Below are positions 38,560 to 50,859 of a stretch of DNA of 64,000 nt, piece by piece. A program made the translations under genes and the position numbers. Under the pieces are notes generated by a model, which searched no databases, was not told the DNA's origin, and was given only the letters and a program-made list of their open reading frames with translations. The DNA lies in assembly GCA_034780895.1 (NCBI GenBank), contig JAUZTB010000107.1, positions 63,590,435-63,654,434 of the forward strand, read 5' to 3'. This DNA comes from Rhynchobatus australiae (lineage: Eukaryota). The first letter of the stretch is position 1; the number at the start of each line of letters is the position of its first letter.

Positions 38560-39030
38560 AGGCTGAAACTCCACTCATCTAGTCCAGTCATATTGGTGAA
38601 TCATCCACTTTGTCTTCTCTTTCTGTGCCCAAGAATCCATCCTTGGGTCCCTGCCTCAGCCCCTCTGCTGCTGAAGCTGTCATCTCTGCCTTTGTTATCT
38701 CTGGACTTGATTGTCCCAATGCTCCCTTGGTTGCTGTCTCGCCTTTCCTGCTCAATCCCCACTGCCCATAACATAGCCTCCCTGATCCACGTGGGCTCCT
38801 GATCCAGCAATGTCACAATTCTAGAATATTCACTCTCAACCACGCCCTGACCTCACACAGCTTCTTCCAGCCCTCTGACCATGTAAGGTCTCTGTAATCC
38901 TCCAAATCTTGACTGTCATCCATTTAAGTTGCTCCACCATTGACAGCCATTCAATCAGCTGCCTAAATTCTAAACTTTGAAGTACCCCTCACTTAACTCT
39001 CTTTCCTCCTTCAGACCTTTCAATTTATCC
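38560..39030 (+). mobile_element. Old L2 LINE ORF2 C-terminus and 3' end
   Basis: AAEAVISAFVISGLDCPNAPLV resembles L2 AAETLIHAFVTSRLDYCNALL. Confidence 0.7.
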
Positions 39031-39115
39031 AAACTATTTGTCATCTGACCCAGTGGATCCTTATGAATTGACAATCAGTTTTTCATATAGCTCCTGCAAA
39101 GTGTCTTGGAACATT

Positions 39116-39357
39116 GCAATACAAGATCGGGTTAATAAAGAGAAATGCATGAACTGTGGGTCCTGTAACAAGTTTAAGACATTGATACATGCCAGTGCAA
39201 CCCAAACCCAGTGGTGCTGTATAAATGAAGGTTGTTGGATTGTTACAGGTGGAACCACCATCAGCTGTTGGATTTGGGTTGACTGGCATGTATCAATGTC
39301 TTAAATTTGTTACAGAACCCACAGTTCATGTATTTCTCCTTATTGATCTCGTATTGC
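39116..39357. repeat. Foldback / long inverted repeat (~90-95-bp arms, 58-bp spacer)
   Basis: 39116-39210 matches the reverse complement of 39269-39357 with about 6 transitions and 2 small indels. Confidence 0.92.
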
Positions 39358-40945
39358 TAGGGCCAGGCAGAGACTAACTGTTAAGCCATAGGGAGAGGTA
39401 CTAAGTTTTAAATGTACCTGGGCACTCACGGGATCTGAGCTGGCAATTTGTGAAAACCGTCATGGTTTCAGGGAGTTTGGAGCAAACAGGGTTACGGTAG
39501 AGTGGCACAACTGTGTACCTGGTGTTTTGTGGCTAGGTGTGTGCTTGCTTGGTGGGAGACTCTAAGTCAAGTAGCTGGGGAAGTTTCTGAAAACAGAATA
39601 AAGGGGAAATTCAATGTCAGAAGTGCACAATTGTTTGCCTCCCAACAAATCAAAATCAGTGTTTGAGTGAATTTCACAGTGCAACTCTTGTCACTTTAAT
39701 GTTCCAGTTCATTAAACTTTGAAACCGGTGCTGACTTGTGCTATGCTGAGAAAAGTTTTGCCCCTGAGGTAATTTCTTTTAGAAAAATATAAAAATAAAA
39801 TACAACAAGCCATTTAAGACCTTTTTTAATCAAATGTAATCAAACTCACAGTCTGCAATCTAACTGAGTGGGAAGTTTTTGATTCTCCGAGCACTAAATG
39901 TTTGAAAGCACAAATGTGTTCGTATCGTGCTATTGTGTGTTGCTGCTCACAGGACAGCATCATTTGTTCTCCTCCCTCTGCCTCCCACTCCCTTTGCTGC
40001 CGATTCCATAGAAGTCGTCATTGTGTAGTCTACTTTAGAGTTGGACGTGCACTAGGAGCCCATCAGCTGGGATTTTTTTTCCGCTTGGTCATTCAGAGTA
40101 GGGTCTTAATGTGCCGTGAAAGCAGTTTCAGCCCTTGGCCTCTTTCTCAGCCAGCAGGAGTGCTATCTAGACCAAACTCCCCGCTGTGAGATTGGCACTA
40201 ATGGTGCGATCAGTTAAGTTCAGAATCAGCCAAAATTTTATTTTTCATCTGAATAGTGTGCCGTCGAAACAAGAGCAGACCTGACAGCTGTATTGGGCCA
40301 TTCAAATTCCTTCAGAAGGGATTTGAGGATAGACTGCAGGTTTGAACAAAAAACCTTTTGAAACTGCACAAGATCTAGGAGATAGAATGCCTTTTCTCGT
40401 CACAAGAAGTGCAATGGCTTTAAATCTGTGAGAGTAGTAACAGCCGCCCAGTGGCTGTTGTTAACGCGACTGAAATGCTGGGAGGAAAATATTAGCTGCT
40501 CTTTGATGCTGTTTTAGCTTTTAACAGGAGCTACAGAATAGTTTCAGTCCCAAGGGTTAAAAGTATATAATTTTAATTCATAAGTGTGTTTAATATTAAA
40601 AGAATTCATTATTTATGGTGGCATTGGGATGTATGGGCAAACTATTAAACATAACCACTTAATTCACAGACATTTTTTTCTTTGACCCTTTGGCCTCCCT
40701 CTCTTGTGGATCAGTATTGATGCCCCATCTGTTATGTTGGCTGAGATCAGGTAACTTAGAGCCCAGGGAATAAATCCGTGACTCTGCCATTCTATATAAC
40801 TCGGATACTGCTTGGGCCAACTGTTTGAGACAGAGGGGAAGTTGGTAGTCGCAGTGGAGAGGTGGGAGGGGAGGGGGAGGTGGGCGAGAGGGTAAAGGAA
40901 AATGGTACCACCCGTTGACGGGGAGAGAACAAGAAATTCAAAATA

Positions 40946-41272
40946 TAGGGACTCCCCAGGTTACGGGTGACCTGCCTTATGGAAATCTGGCTTTACCCAA
41001 ATTCTCCCATACGTATTTGAAGTATTTTTCAAGATAATGATAATAAAATGTTTTCTGGTGTTTGTTAATGACTGGATAGAGTATATATTCCATCAGTTTA
41101 ATTATAAGTAGTGTTTGGGTAAATATTCAATGAAATGAAAGAATTATAGCAAGCATATGCAGGGTGATACAATATGGGTTACTATAGAAAACAGACATTT
41201 CTAATTCTTGAAGAAATCAGCTTGCCGACAGTTCTCAGGAACGGAACATTTGCATCATCTGGGCACTGCCTG
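40946..41272. mobile_element. Tigger/pogo-family MITE
   Basis: Left TA|tagggactccccaggttacg and right ggaacggaac...catcatctgggcactgcctg match decayed CAGGCAGTCCCCGGGTTACG TIRs. Confidence 0.7.
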
Positions 41273-42449
41273 TCATTAAAATGAGAGGTTTTATAGTGAA
41301 AGTTCTTCCTCCCCTAACCTTTTTAAGCTCTCACCCTGAATTTAGCTATTCAAAAAAAAATCTGAAGTTGTGGCTGTGTCTGGGACGTGGTTAAATGCAC
41401 CAACGTGTTGTTTTTCTTTCTACTTTCCTTAAAAGACGACGTGCGAGTCCAGAAAGTGAGATTTGGCAGATTGTTCCATCACACATTTCAGACTGTTGAA
41501 GCATCACAACTAAAAAGCCTTCTGTGAGGAAATGCTTTGCCAAGTAACATGGATATCAGAAGGCTTGAGAATCTCTGCTTGATGTTTAAAGAGCAATGCA
41601 CACGTGTGCATATTCAGAGAAGCACAATCATGTGCATGCATACACCAAGCACATACATGTGCATGCCTTTGTACTAATGTGTACAAACATGCACATATAC
41701 AGTACACTTGCCACAATATACAACCAGCCTGACAATGACTTCTTGGAGCTTGATGAATTTTTTGGATATTTTGTACACATTCAGCACATTTTGTGAGTAA
41801 GAGTGAGAGAGTGGGCTGGTTTTAAACACATTCAATATGTTGTACAGTCAAGAGAAAAGATTATTGTGGAACAACCCCCTCGCTGTGGGAGGCAACTTGT
41901 AATCTCAACAGCAGGCAGGGCTGTAATGCAGCTACATGGTGTCCCTTATCTTGTTCAGCACAGAGCAGCTGCTCATTGCTTTGTTTCCATGGTTTCTTTT
42001 AGGAATGTCCAGTGTTATGTTTGGTGGTGTAGAATGCACAGGTGATAAGTCTGGTCCTCAACTGGATACGTGATGGATATAACGCACTATAATAAGTGGT
42101 GGTGCCAAAGAACAGAGGTACCGAATTATTTGCAGGTGCCTCGTGCTTTTTCACAGGGAGGTCTGGCATCTTTTCAAACCCAGAGACTCAAGGCAAGGTA
42201 TACGAAAATGTCTTGGGACAAAAAATGTTGAAAATATAACCACTTAGTCCTGACTGCATTTAACAATGCCTGTGCAGAGTGATTATTAAATAAAACATTT
42301 TAATGTGAATTGCAGCCAGTGAGCTATAAGTCCATAAAAAGAGCCCAATTAAGTTAAAATGAAGTTACCAATATGTCAACCTTTACCATGCAAATGAGAA
42401 TAATGGGACTATTCAAAATGTAATCATATTAATCTATAATGTAATACAG

Positions 42450-42580
42450 AAATAAAAAAAAACCTGCAAATGTTGGAAAAAGTCAGCTATTCAGGGAAGT
42501 GCACAGGCCGGAAACACTGAATGTTTCCCTTTTCCCACAAGCAGTCTGACTTGCTGAGTTTTTCCAACATTTTCTCTTTT
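42450..42580. mobile_element. Old palindromic PLE-terminus element
   Basis: ctgcaaatgttggaaaaagtcagc...ctgacttgctgagtttttccaacattttct. Confidence 0.6.
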
Positions 42581-42809
42581 TGAATAACAATAATAGTTAA
42601 ATTCATAATTTACATTTTGGTGATGGAAAGTTCTTGCAAGACGACCAGTGTTGGTCTCCAATTATACAAATGTGTCATTCCATGATCTTCCTGATACTTA
42701 GTCCCATTGTGTTGCTGCCAGCAGGTGGAAGGTACAGACCCAAATTTGGCTGGTCACTTACTCGTTACGAAACATTGCCATCAGATCCATGCCAGCTCTT
42801 CACAGAGCA

Positions 42810-43095
42810 AATCCCATCAGTTCCATTCCTCTTTCCTTATTTCCTTCTCGCCCTACAAATTATCTCTCTCATGTAGCAACGTCTCTTTTGATTTTTTTTT
42901 AGCACTTAGCTCCACTAATAATAACTTAGAGTGGCCAACTAACCCGCCATCATGTCTTTGCGATGTTGGGGGGAGACCAACATGGTCACAAGGAGAATGT
43001 GTGAAGTTTACCACAAGACGGCGTCCAGGGTCAGGATCGAACCCATGTCCCTGGAGCTGTAGGGAAGCTGGGCGAACTGCCATGCCACCATGCCA
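42810..43095 (-). mobile_element. HE1-like V-SINE
   Basis: ggtcacaaggagaatgtgtgaagtt...gtcaggatcgaacccatgtccctggagctgt...gccaccatgcc. Confidence 0.8.
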
Positions 43096-43255
43096 TTAAT
43101 GAACACTCTTTCTTCAGATTGAATCCTTGATTGTCTGGGTAAACGGTACAGAGAAGCTGATTTTCTGGAGGATGTATTCCCTTTCATTAGGGTGCTCTGA
43201 ACAAGTAATGTACAAAAAGTAAGTATTGCACATGATGTCTATCCAGACCATAAAC

Positions 43256-43520
43256 ATGAGTCCAGATGAAGCATCTCGACCCGAAATGTCNNNNNNNNNN
43301 NNNNNNNNNNNNNNNNNNNNNNNNNNNNNNNNNNNNNNNNNNNNNNNNNNNNNNNNNNNNNNNNNNNNNNNNNNNNNNNNNNNNNNNNNNTCCAGATGAA
43401 GCATCTCGACCCGAAATGTCAACTGTCTATGTCCCTCCACAGGCGCTGCATGACCCTCCGAGATCCTCCAGTGTCTCGTTTGTTGTTACAGATTCCAGCA
43501 TCTGCAGTCTCTTGTGTGTC
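43256..43520 (+). mobile_element. PLE terminus with hammerhead remnant (spans a gap)
   Basis: gtcCAGATGAagcatctcgacccGAAATGTCaactg...ccagcatctgcagtctcttgtgt. Confidence 0.8.
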
Positions 43521-45524
43521 CAGTCCGTGAATCAATCATATTAGAAATACTCTTCAGGTCAGTCAGCATCCGAGAAGTGAGAAACACAGGTATATAGGTG
43601 ACCTTTTATCTGTTGAAAGGACTTGGACCTGAAAGGAAAGGACCTATCCTCATTCTAATTTCCGAATGAGGATAACCAGCAAAGTTCCAAGGCACTTGAG
43701 ACCATGCTGGTGGTGTTTCCACCAACTTTGCCACTTGCTGCATTCACTCCACTTGCTTGTTTGTGCTAGTTGGTTCTTAATTTGAAATCTCAGGCCAATA
43801 ATAATTTTTTGTAGATGCCAGGATGCAAATTTAATAAGCTCAGTAAAATTTAAAATCCAATAGCAGCAGCAGCAGCAGATTTCAAGCCTTTTGCAGCATA
43901 AATTATCCCAACAAGGTAGAACTTTTTGGCCCTGAGGCAGTAGGGTATGGCGGTAATAAAAAAGCAAAATATGACACATTTTTAAAGATTGCCACTAAAT
44001 AATTGGTTTCATTAGCACTCCTAGAAAATAATCCTGTTACTGTAGCCCAATGAAAGAGTGACTCGCGCCTGTTGTCAAATTAAGTAGATTTTTGAGGTTT
44101 TTCAGTAAGTGTATACCAGTGTGATTGAAGCATTTGGTTTTCTCATCTATCAAACTGCAGCAAGGTGACGTCTCTTTAAGAGCAGTCAGTCACTTGTGCC
44201 AGGATCTAGGGACTACAGAAACACCGGTGATTACATTCACCCATTGCTGTCAGTTGCCATTTTTCTCCTCTTTTCAAATGTAAATTCTGTGCTTTGTTTA
44301 AATCCAAATTGTTTCTCCCCATTGCCATTGTGGTGAATCAATTTAAAGTGGTTATACCCATTGAGATTCCCTGTAGGGTTCAATTTGACAACCAACCAAA
44401 GAAAGAACGTACATCAACCAGAAGTAGTCAGTGATCTCCATTTCCCACCTGTCTGCAAACAGTCCCACTCCCACCCTCATCTCTTTAACTAAATAACAGG
44501 TAGAGCAGCAGGATGTCCACATCACAGGAGTTTTTCTGCTGAGAATTCTGATCCCCTTTCACTTATTCCTGGTGTCTTGTGGTTCTTCCTACTTAGTAAA
44601 TTTGGCATTCCTTTAAGTACAGAGCTCCTCAATCTTGCATCGAGATCAGTGCAACCCAGGAAAATTTATTTGTCTTTATCCTTGGTCATAGCTTGAGATG
44701 GGTGAAACCACATTCCAAGTAAGATTTAACATCTTTAAATACACAGGGGCAAGGAAACTGCTTGGAACAGCACTCTTATCTTCTCTCATCTCTTCGGCCA
44801 CATGTTTAATATCCAGTTAAGATGAAAAAGCATGTTTCTCTTTATTCTTGAGCAGTAGGGGCCGAGGTTATTAACATACTGATGTTTGTGACTCATACCC
44901 CCAAGAGTCTCCAGTCTCTGACTTGGTTCTTGAGTGATATTTATGGAGTTCCATTAACTGTTTTTACCTCTTTTTTTTATGTCCCTTTGGTCCCTGGTTT
45001 CTATTAAGATATAAAGCCTTTGCTCTTAAAATAGTGACTTCAAGGCTTCAGTTAGAACAACATAAATGCACAAAGGATCTGGTGCCTGTAACTGCCTTAG
45101 CAGCAGGTATAGACCTTTCAGGGCTGCATATCTGTCCCTCAGCTGACGATCAGAGGCCATGTTTCAAGGTGACAGTCAAAATGCAACCTTGTTGGAAAAC
45201 TGAGCAGGTCAGGCAGAGCTTGTGGAGAGTGAAACTGAGTTAGCATCTCATCTGGATGACTGTTTATCCAAACTGGGAAGATAATGGTGACACTATCAGT
45301 TTTAAGCATGCACAGAGGCATGAACCAAACTGTGATAGAAAGAAGAAGGCACAACTAACAAATTGTGGTCCAAAACAAAAGTGGGTGATAGAGGAGTATG
45401 TAGATGTTAAGTTTGGAGGAGGAATTACCCATATCTACCCTGCTCTCTCTTTCACCGGGTCTATCTCTGACTATTCCCTTTTTTCTGGATTCCTTTATCT
45501 GATGGGAGAGCTTAGCAACCAATG

Positions 45525-45720
45525 TCTATGAGAACCATGGAGTTGTACAGCATAGAAGCAGGCTCTTAGGCCTGCCACCTCTGCAGACCATCATGCCAAT
45601 CTATACTGATCGCACTTGCCTGCATTAATTCCAAACTGCTCTATGCCCTGCTTATTCATCTGTTAAGATACTTCTTAAATCTTGTCACTGTTACTGCCTC
45701 CACCACCTCCTCTACAAGCC
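45525..45720 (-). mobile_element. HER1 LINE 3' end
   Basis: catagaagcaggctcttaggcc...ctgcctccaccacctcc. Confidence 0.7.
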
Positions 45721-45760
45721 AACAAATTCCCCACAGTGAGCAGATCAATTTAGGAGTCAG

Positions 45761-45952
45761 CAGAAAACAAGCTGCTGGAGGAACTCTGCAGGTCGGGCAG
45801 CATCTGTGGAGGCAAAGGGTCAAGGCCCTTCAGCACACCAGGACCCGAAACATCTGTGATCCCTTTGTTCCCCCAAGGGCTGCTTGATCCACTGAGTTCC
45901 TCCAGCGGTTTCTTTACTCCAAATTACAGCATCTGCAGTCTCTTGTGTCTCA
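45761..45952. mobile_element. Palindromic PLE-terminus element with 14-bp TSD
   Basis: gctgctggaggaactctgcagg...ctgagttcctccagc; TSD aatttaggagtcag (45747-45760) / aacttaggactcag (45953-45966). Confidence 0.8.
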
Positions 45953-46844
45953 AACTTAGGACTCAGTTGGGCATGCGCAAAATAAAAGAAACCTTGTGTT
46001 ATCTTTGACCTCCAAAATAGTCCGAGAATACCAGGTAGGTTTGGCCGAGGCAAGTAGAGCATCGTGCTCCCACGTCTACCAGTGAATGATTCAAGTGCAT
46101 CTTGAAGTAAGTGGGGCTGATAGGTTTACAGAGATTCCAGCTTTCTAATTAGGTCCCGGTGACCGTTATTCTCATTCGGAAAATAACATATGAAGTGACT
46201 TGGATTTGTCAGTGGGTGACAATCTGGACATTCAACTGGGGATTTGCATTGATTATTATCTGAACCCAAATGTACCATAGTTGTATGTTTCCAGCTTTAA
46301 ATGACCCTTAAAGTTCTTCAGAAATTCCAACGATTAAAGCCAATTCCCTTATCTAGTAATGTTTTTGTGTCAAAGGGAGAGATAATATTATTAAGCATCA
46401 ATGCCAGTTGAGCTGTTTTTCTTGGATAAAGAAACACGTATACAGTCCATCTCCACTGGTTCTCAATTACATGTTTTCCAAAGGTGTTCACAACCCAGCT
46501 TATGGCAATCATTTCAGTGGGTTGTTTTTTTAATTTTTGTTCCAGAATGTGGGTGTTGTTGCCAAGCTCAGTATTTATTGCTCATAACTATTTGCCTTTG
46601 CGAAGTATTGTTGCAGAGGGTGTCAAGACCATGTGCCAACACATGGCATTAAGTGTGGATGTGAGGATGCAAAGAGAACAATGCCTCGAGAGATGTTGGA
46701 CAGCTTGAACTGTAATCCTGGGAGGGTTTGAATTGCGAAGGATGGGATTTCATTTGGAATCCATGTGGGATGAATTGAAGCTGGAGACATTTGTAAGGAA
46801 ATGGATGTGGCTGTGGAAATGTCTTGGGAAACAGAAACCAAGCA

Positions 46845-46960
46845 GAGGGTCTTTTGACCTGAAGCATTAAATCTGTTCCCCTTCCTCCAGATGTGGCCTG
46901 ACCACTGAGTATTTCCAGCATTTTCTGTTTTTTATTATTTTAGATTTTCAGCATATGCAG
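46845..46960 (+). mobile_element. PLE terminus fragment
   Basis: gacctgaagcattaaatctg...cagatgtggcctgaccactgagtatttccagcattttctg. Confidence 0.7.
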
Positions 46961-48789
46961 TTTTTTTTTAATTTTCTTACCCTTGAGAAGATGGTGGTAA
47001 GCTGCCTTCTTGAACCTTCGCCGTCCTTTTGACAGTAGGTTTACTGTTGCCACCTGAACTAAGATTCAGTGAAAAGCTTTTGTTTGCATGCCATGCAGAC
47101 AGATCATTCCATACATAATACATCAAGGTAGTACAAAAAGGTAAACTAAAATAGAATGCAAGATTAGAGAAGCTAGGTTAAAGGATTCTCATCTGCTACA
47201 GAGTTGGTTTGGGGATTAACCAGTTTGAACATGGAACGCAAGTACCTCCATGTATACCTGTACAGTGTACAGCACCAAACGAGACTGTTTGTCCCATTAG
47301 GCCTCCGATTGGTTTTTGAAGCCAAATTTTTCAAAAAAAAAACAAATTTCGATCCAACTTTCAACTTGCTCCATTGTTATTGTGAAACCCAATAGATATT
47401 TGACTTCCTACAGTGAAACCTCTGGCATGGCTTCTGCACAGACAGCACATGCTGACAGTATTTTCAGGCTTATTCATTCTTTGTTTCTGCCTTGTTTTCG
47501 TTATTTTACCTCTAGTCTTTTCGCCAGAGTGTTTTCCTGTTCCTTGGATCTGTTTACAGAGAGAGCAACAGACTTCTGGATGTCATTTCTCACATAGTTG
47601 ATTGGCAGTCAAAAGGCTGCTGTTTACCAAACTGCCCTTATGTTTGAGAGAGGTAGAAATCTACCGCTTGACCCTGGGTGGAAAATGAGTAGGTTACGTG
47701 TTGAGTGTTTAAGATCAGCTGTGTTGTTGCCCTGGTGTACAGATTTGTCACAAGCCAAAAAATGCATTCGCTGGTGCTTCAACATTACTGAGTTGCTACC
47801 AAACTAACAAGAGTATTGGTACACTGCATTAATAAATGATCCAACATGATCACCCAGCAGCATTCAACTATTACCAAAAGCGTATTGATTGGAAGATGGA
47901 GATAAAAGCAGTTTTTTTAAGTGCCAGAATATGATAGTCACAGTAAAATCTGTGATTAATGCAGGGGGCTTTGTGACACTCCACACATTCAAACTCCAAC
48001 ACTTCCAACAGCACCTGAATGCTGTTAGGCTATTCTGTGGAAAGTCCTTTCCTGGAATATTTCTGTCTTTTACAACTTGGAGTCAGTTCCTTGTTTTTTT
48101 GGATTGAAAGTGCACAGTTTGGTTGCAGTATGAAGCTTTGCATGTCCAAACACAGCCAAATTCCAGTGTGGTGAAGCCTGAAATGTGTGCGTGCTTATAT
48201 GAGTGTGTTTGTGGATTGGATTAATCATTCGCAGTGGGCCTGATGTATGCAGAGCATGTGTTGGAGGAGTGCTGGAATTAGGTTAGATTTTTCAATGCTA
48301 GAGTTTCTGTAGTCTTGTTTTCATAGGGATGATTTCAATTTGAATGCAAATGTTAGCACTTTTGAAGCTACAAAGCTGTGTGTTTATGGTCTTTGCATAA
48401 AATGAGGCAGAGTTTTATAGTCTGATCACAGAGCATTACTGCAGAATATGGTCTTGTGCAGTTTTCATGCACTGAGGAGAAACTGTGAAGTCCTCTGTTG
48501 CAAATCTAGAAATTGCTTTTTTTCTTGCCTCAAGCAAAAGGACATGCTGAAGGAACTTTGAGCAAGATCATTGGAGCACTTACTGCATTGTCCCTCACCG
48601 GTCTTCTGTCTCGTTTCGGCAGGCATCATCAACTTGCTCGGGCAATGGGTGCCTCCTGGTGCCCCTCTTACAATGAGAGCCAACCTCATTAATGTAATAG
48701 CCATGTGGGCCCCAACCTTCTATAGCCAGTCAGCATAGTTTTAAGAAAGGGAAATAATAATAAAACCAGTTGGAATTTACCCTTTCTGT

Positions 48790-49410
48790 GATAAACTGGA
48801 TAAGTAAAAGGGAACCAGTGGATGTGGCATATTTGGATTTGACAAAATGCTTGAAAGGGGTACCTCACATTAGATTATTACACAAGATGAGTGGTTATAG
48901 GATTGGGCCTACCACATGAGCATGGATTGAGGATTGACTAAGGGAAAGAAAGCACAGTACTCAGAATGATGAGCTGTAACTGGTGGTGTGGCTCAAAGAT
49001 CAGTATTTGGGTCTCAGCTGTTTACCGTCAGTTTGAAAACTGAGTAGAGAGAACTGAGTGAACTATGTCATGTTCACATACAATACTCAACTAGATGGTA
49101 AATTAATCTGTGACAATATAAATTGGTTGGAAACTGTTATAGTCGAAGTGATTGGAGAGGACGGTGGCTTATGAAGCTGTAACATGGATAAGTGTGAAAT
49201 TACTTTGATAGGATGGATAGTAAAAACAGAATGCTGTTTTAATAGGTGAGAGGCTGGCAAGTTCATGGATTTAGAGTTGTCCTTGTGCATCAATCACAGA
49301 AAATTAACATGCAGGCACTGCAAGCAGTTCAGGAGAATTGAAATATAAGATTAGAGAAGCCTTGTTGCAATAGTGTAGGATTGTGCAGTGGATGTACATG
49401 GAGTGCCACA
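48790..49410 (+). mobile_element. Old CR1 RT fragment
   Basis: gaaccagtggatgtggcatatttggattt (VDVAYLDF)...aagtgtgaaattactttg; many frameshifts. Confidence 0.75.
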
Positions 49411-49464
49411 CTGAGTTTTGAGCCTCACAAATTTGAGGCAGCAGTTGTGCTACTGCCGTACAGG

Positions 49465-49662
49465 TACATGGAACAAGCTGTCAGAGGCTGTAGAGGCAGG
49501 TACAGTTACAACATTTAAAAGACATTTGGACATGGTTAGGAAAGGTTTAGGGGAATATGGGCCAAACATAAGCAAACGGGGCTAACTCGGGTAGACAACT
49601 TGATCGGCGCGGATGAGTTGGGCCGAAGGGCCTGTTTCCATGCAGTGTAACTCTATGACTCC
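49465..49662 (+). mobile_element. HER1 LINE 3' end
   Basis: gaggcaggtacagttacaacatttaaaagacatttggaca...ttgggccgaagggcctgtttcc...ctctatgact. Confidence 0.9.
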
Positions 49663-50090
49663 ACATTCTCCCTGGTTTTTGCGTAAGGAAATTCTTATGA
49701 ATTGAATATTGGATTTATTAAGAACTTTTTACTTTTACTTTCAATCTCTCTAGTTCTGTATTTCCTTCATGCGCATTATGTTCTGTGCCTAACGTCATCC
49801 TGAATATTTTGCTAGCTAAAGCCCAGCCACTCCTCATTGATCTGTGCTTAGTTCTGTTTCATTGGGTGGGAGAGTGGTATTTCAGAACAAACCACAAATT
49901 TTCATTAAACAAAAAAAGACAAGGGATTGAAATTGTACTGCATAACTCGCTTACTCTCCTATATTGTTTACACTGCATCTGGTTTTTATTGGGGGTGGGG
50001 GACAGGGGTTGGAGGGAGTTTACTTGTATGTTAACATGAGGAGTTTAACACTGGCCAGCTAGTTAACACCAGAATCTGAAGCACAAAGTG

Positions 50091-50770
50091 ACACTGGAGT
50101 ACAAACATCCCTTAACCAATGTAACAGTGGTTATAGGGTAAAAGCAATACATCATATCCTATGCAGTGGTGGATATAGACTGTCATTCTGGAGTACAATT
50201 GATGCACCATAACCCAACTTAAAAGTGGTTATGAACTACCTTACTGTTATATATCCATTGTATCTGTGATTACATATGCACACATGGGAGAATAACCAAT
50301 ACCTGATACCAAATATAACAGCAGTTACAACCTACGTTCTAGAGTACAGTTAGGAATCCACACCATTATACCGTGTTTATAGATACCTATTCAAGAGTAC
50401 AACTAAATCCCATGCCTAACGGAACAGTCATCACAGGGTCCCAACCATCATCCTATACTCAGTATAATCGTGGTTACAGATTCCATATTGGAATACAGTG
50501 AATACCCCATACCCGACTTCCACAATGGAGTAAAATTAACATTTCATACCTGCATGACAGTGGGTTGTACCTTTTCATACTTGGGTATAACCAACATCCC
50601 ATACACAATGCAACAGATGTTATAGACTCCCATATGATCAACCCTCCCTCCATCCCCTGTGTAATAATTTCCCACATAGCAATGCAATCAATACCCCGTA
50701 CCCAATGGAACAGCAGTTATACATCCATATGAGAGTATAATCAACCTCACCGTAGCCCAGATAATATAGG
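50091..50770. repeat. Highly degenerate ~53-54-bp minisatellite, roughly 12 units
   Basis: Recurrent RGAGTAYAA...CCCATACCCAA...AACAGTGGTTAYAGA; anchors at 50096, 50190, 50287, 50341, 50394, 50490, 50583, 50732. Confidence 0.8.
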
Positions 50771-50859
50771 CTACTGATGTTCTTCCAGCAGTATTGCTGG
50801 AGGGGTCCAGGCTTCTTTGGGAATAGGAACCTGGCACATGAACACCAATGATTCACGTA

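Noticed and set aside
43261-43420. Identical 30-bp direct repeat (43261-43290 and 43391-43420) suggesting tandem hammerheads
   Set aside because: The copies flank a 100-N gap exactly; most likely a contig-overlap artefact (similar tacatcatc overlap at 38024-38123)
43645-43674. Perfect 11-bp hairpin tatcctcattc/gaatgaggata (and a 9-bp hairpin at ~59538-59558)
   Set aside because: Too short and isolated to assign a function
50091-50770. CRISPR-like array
   Set aside because: Eukaryotic context, no identical repeats with unique spacers and no cas genes; it is a decayed minisatellite
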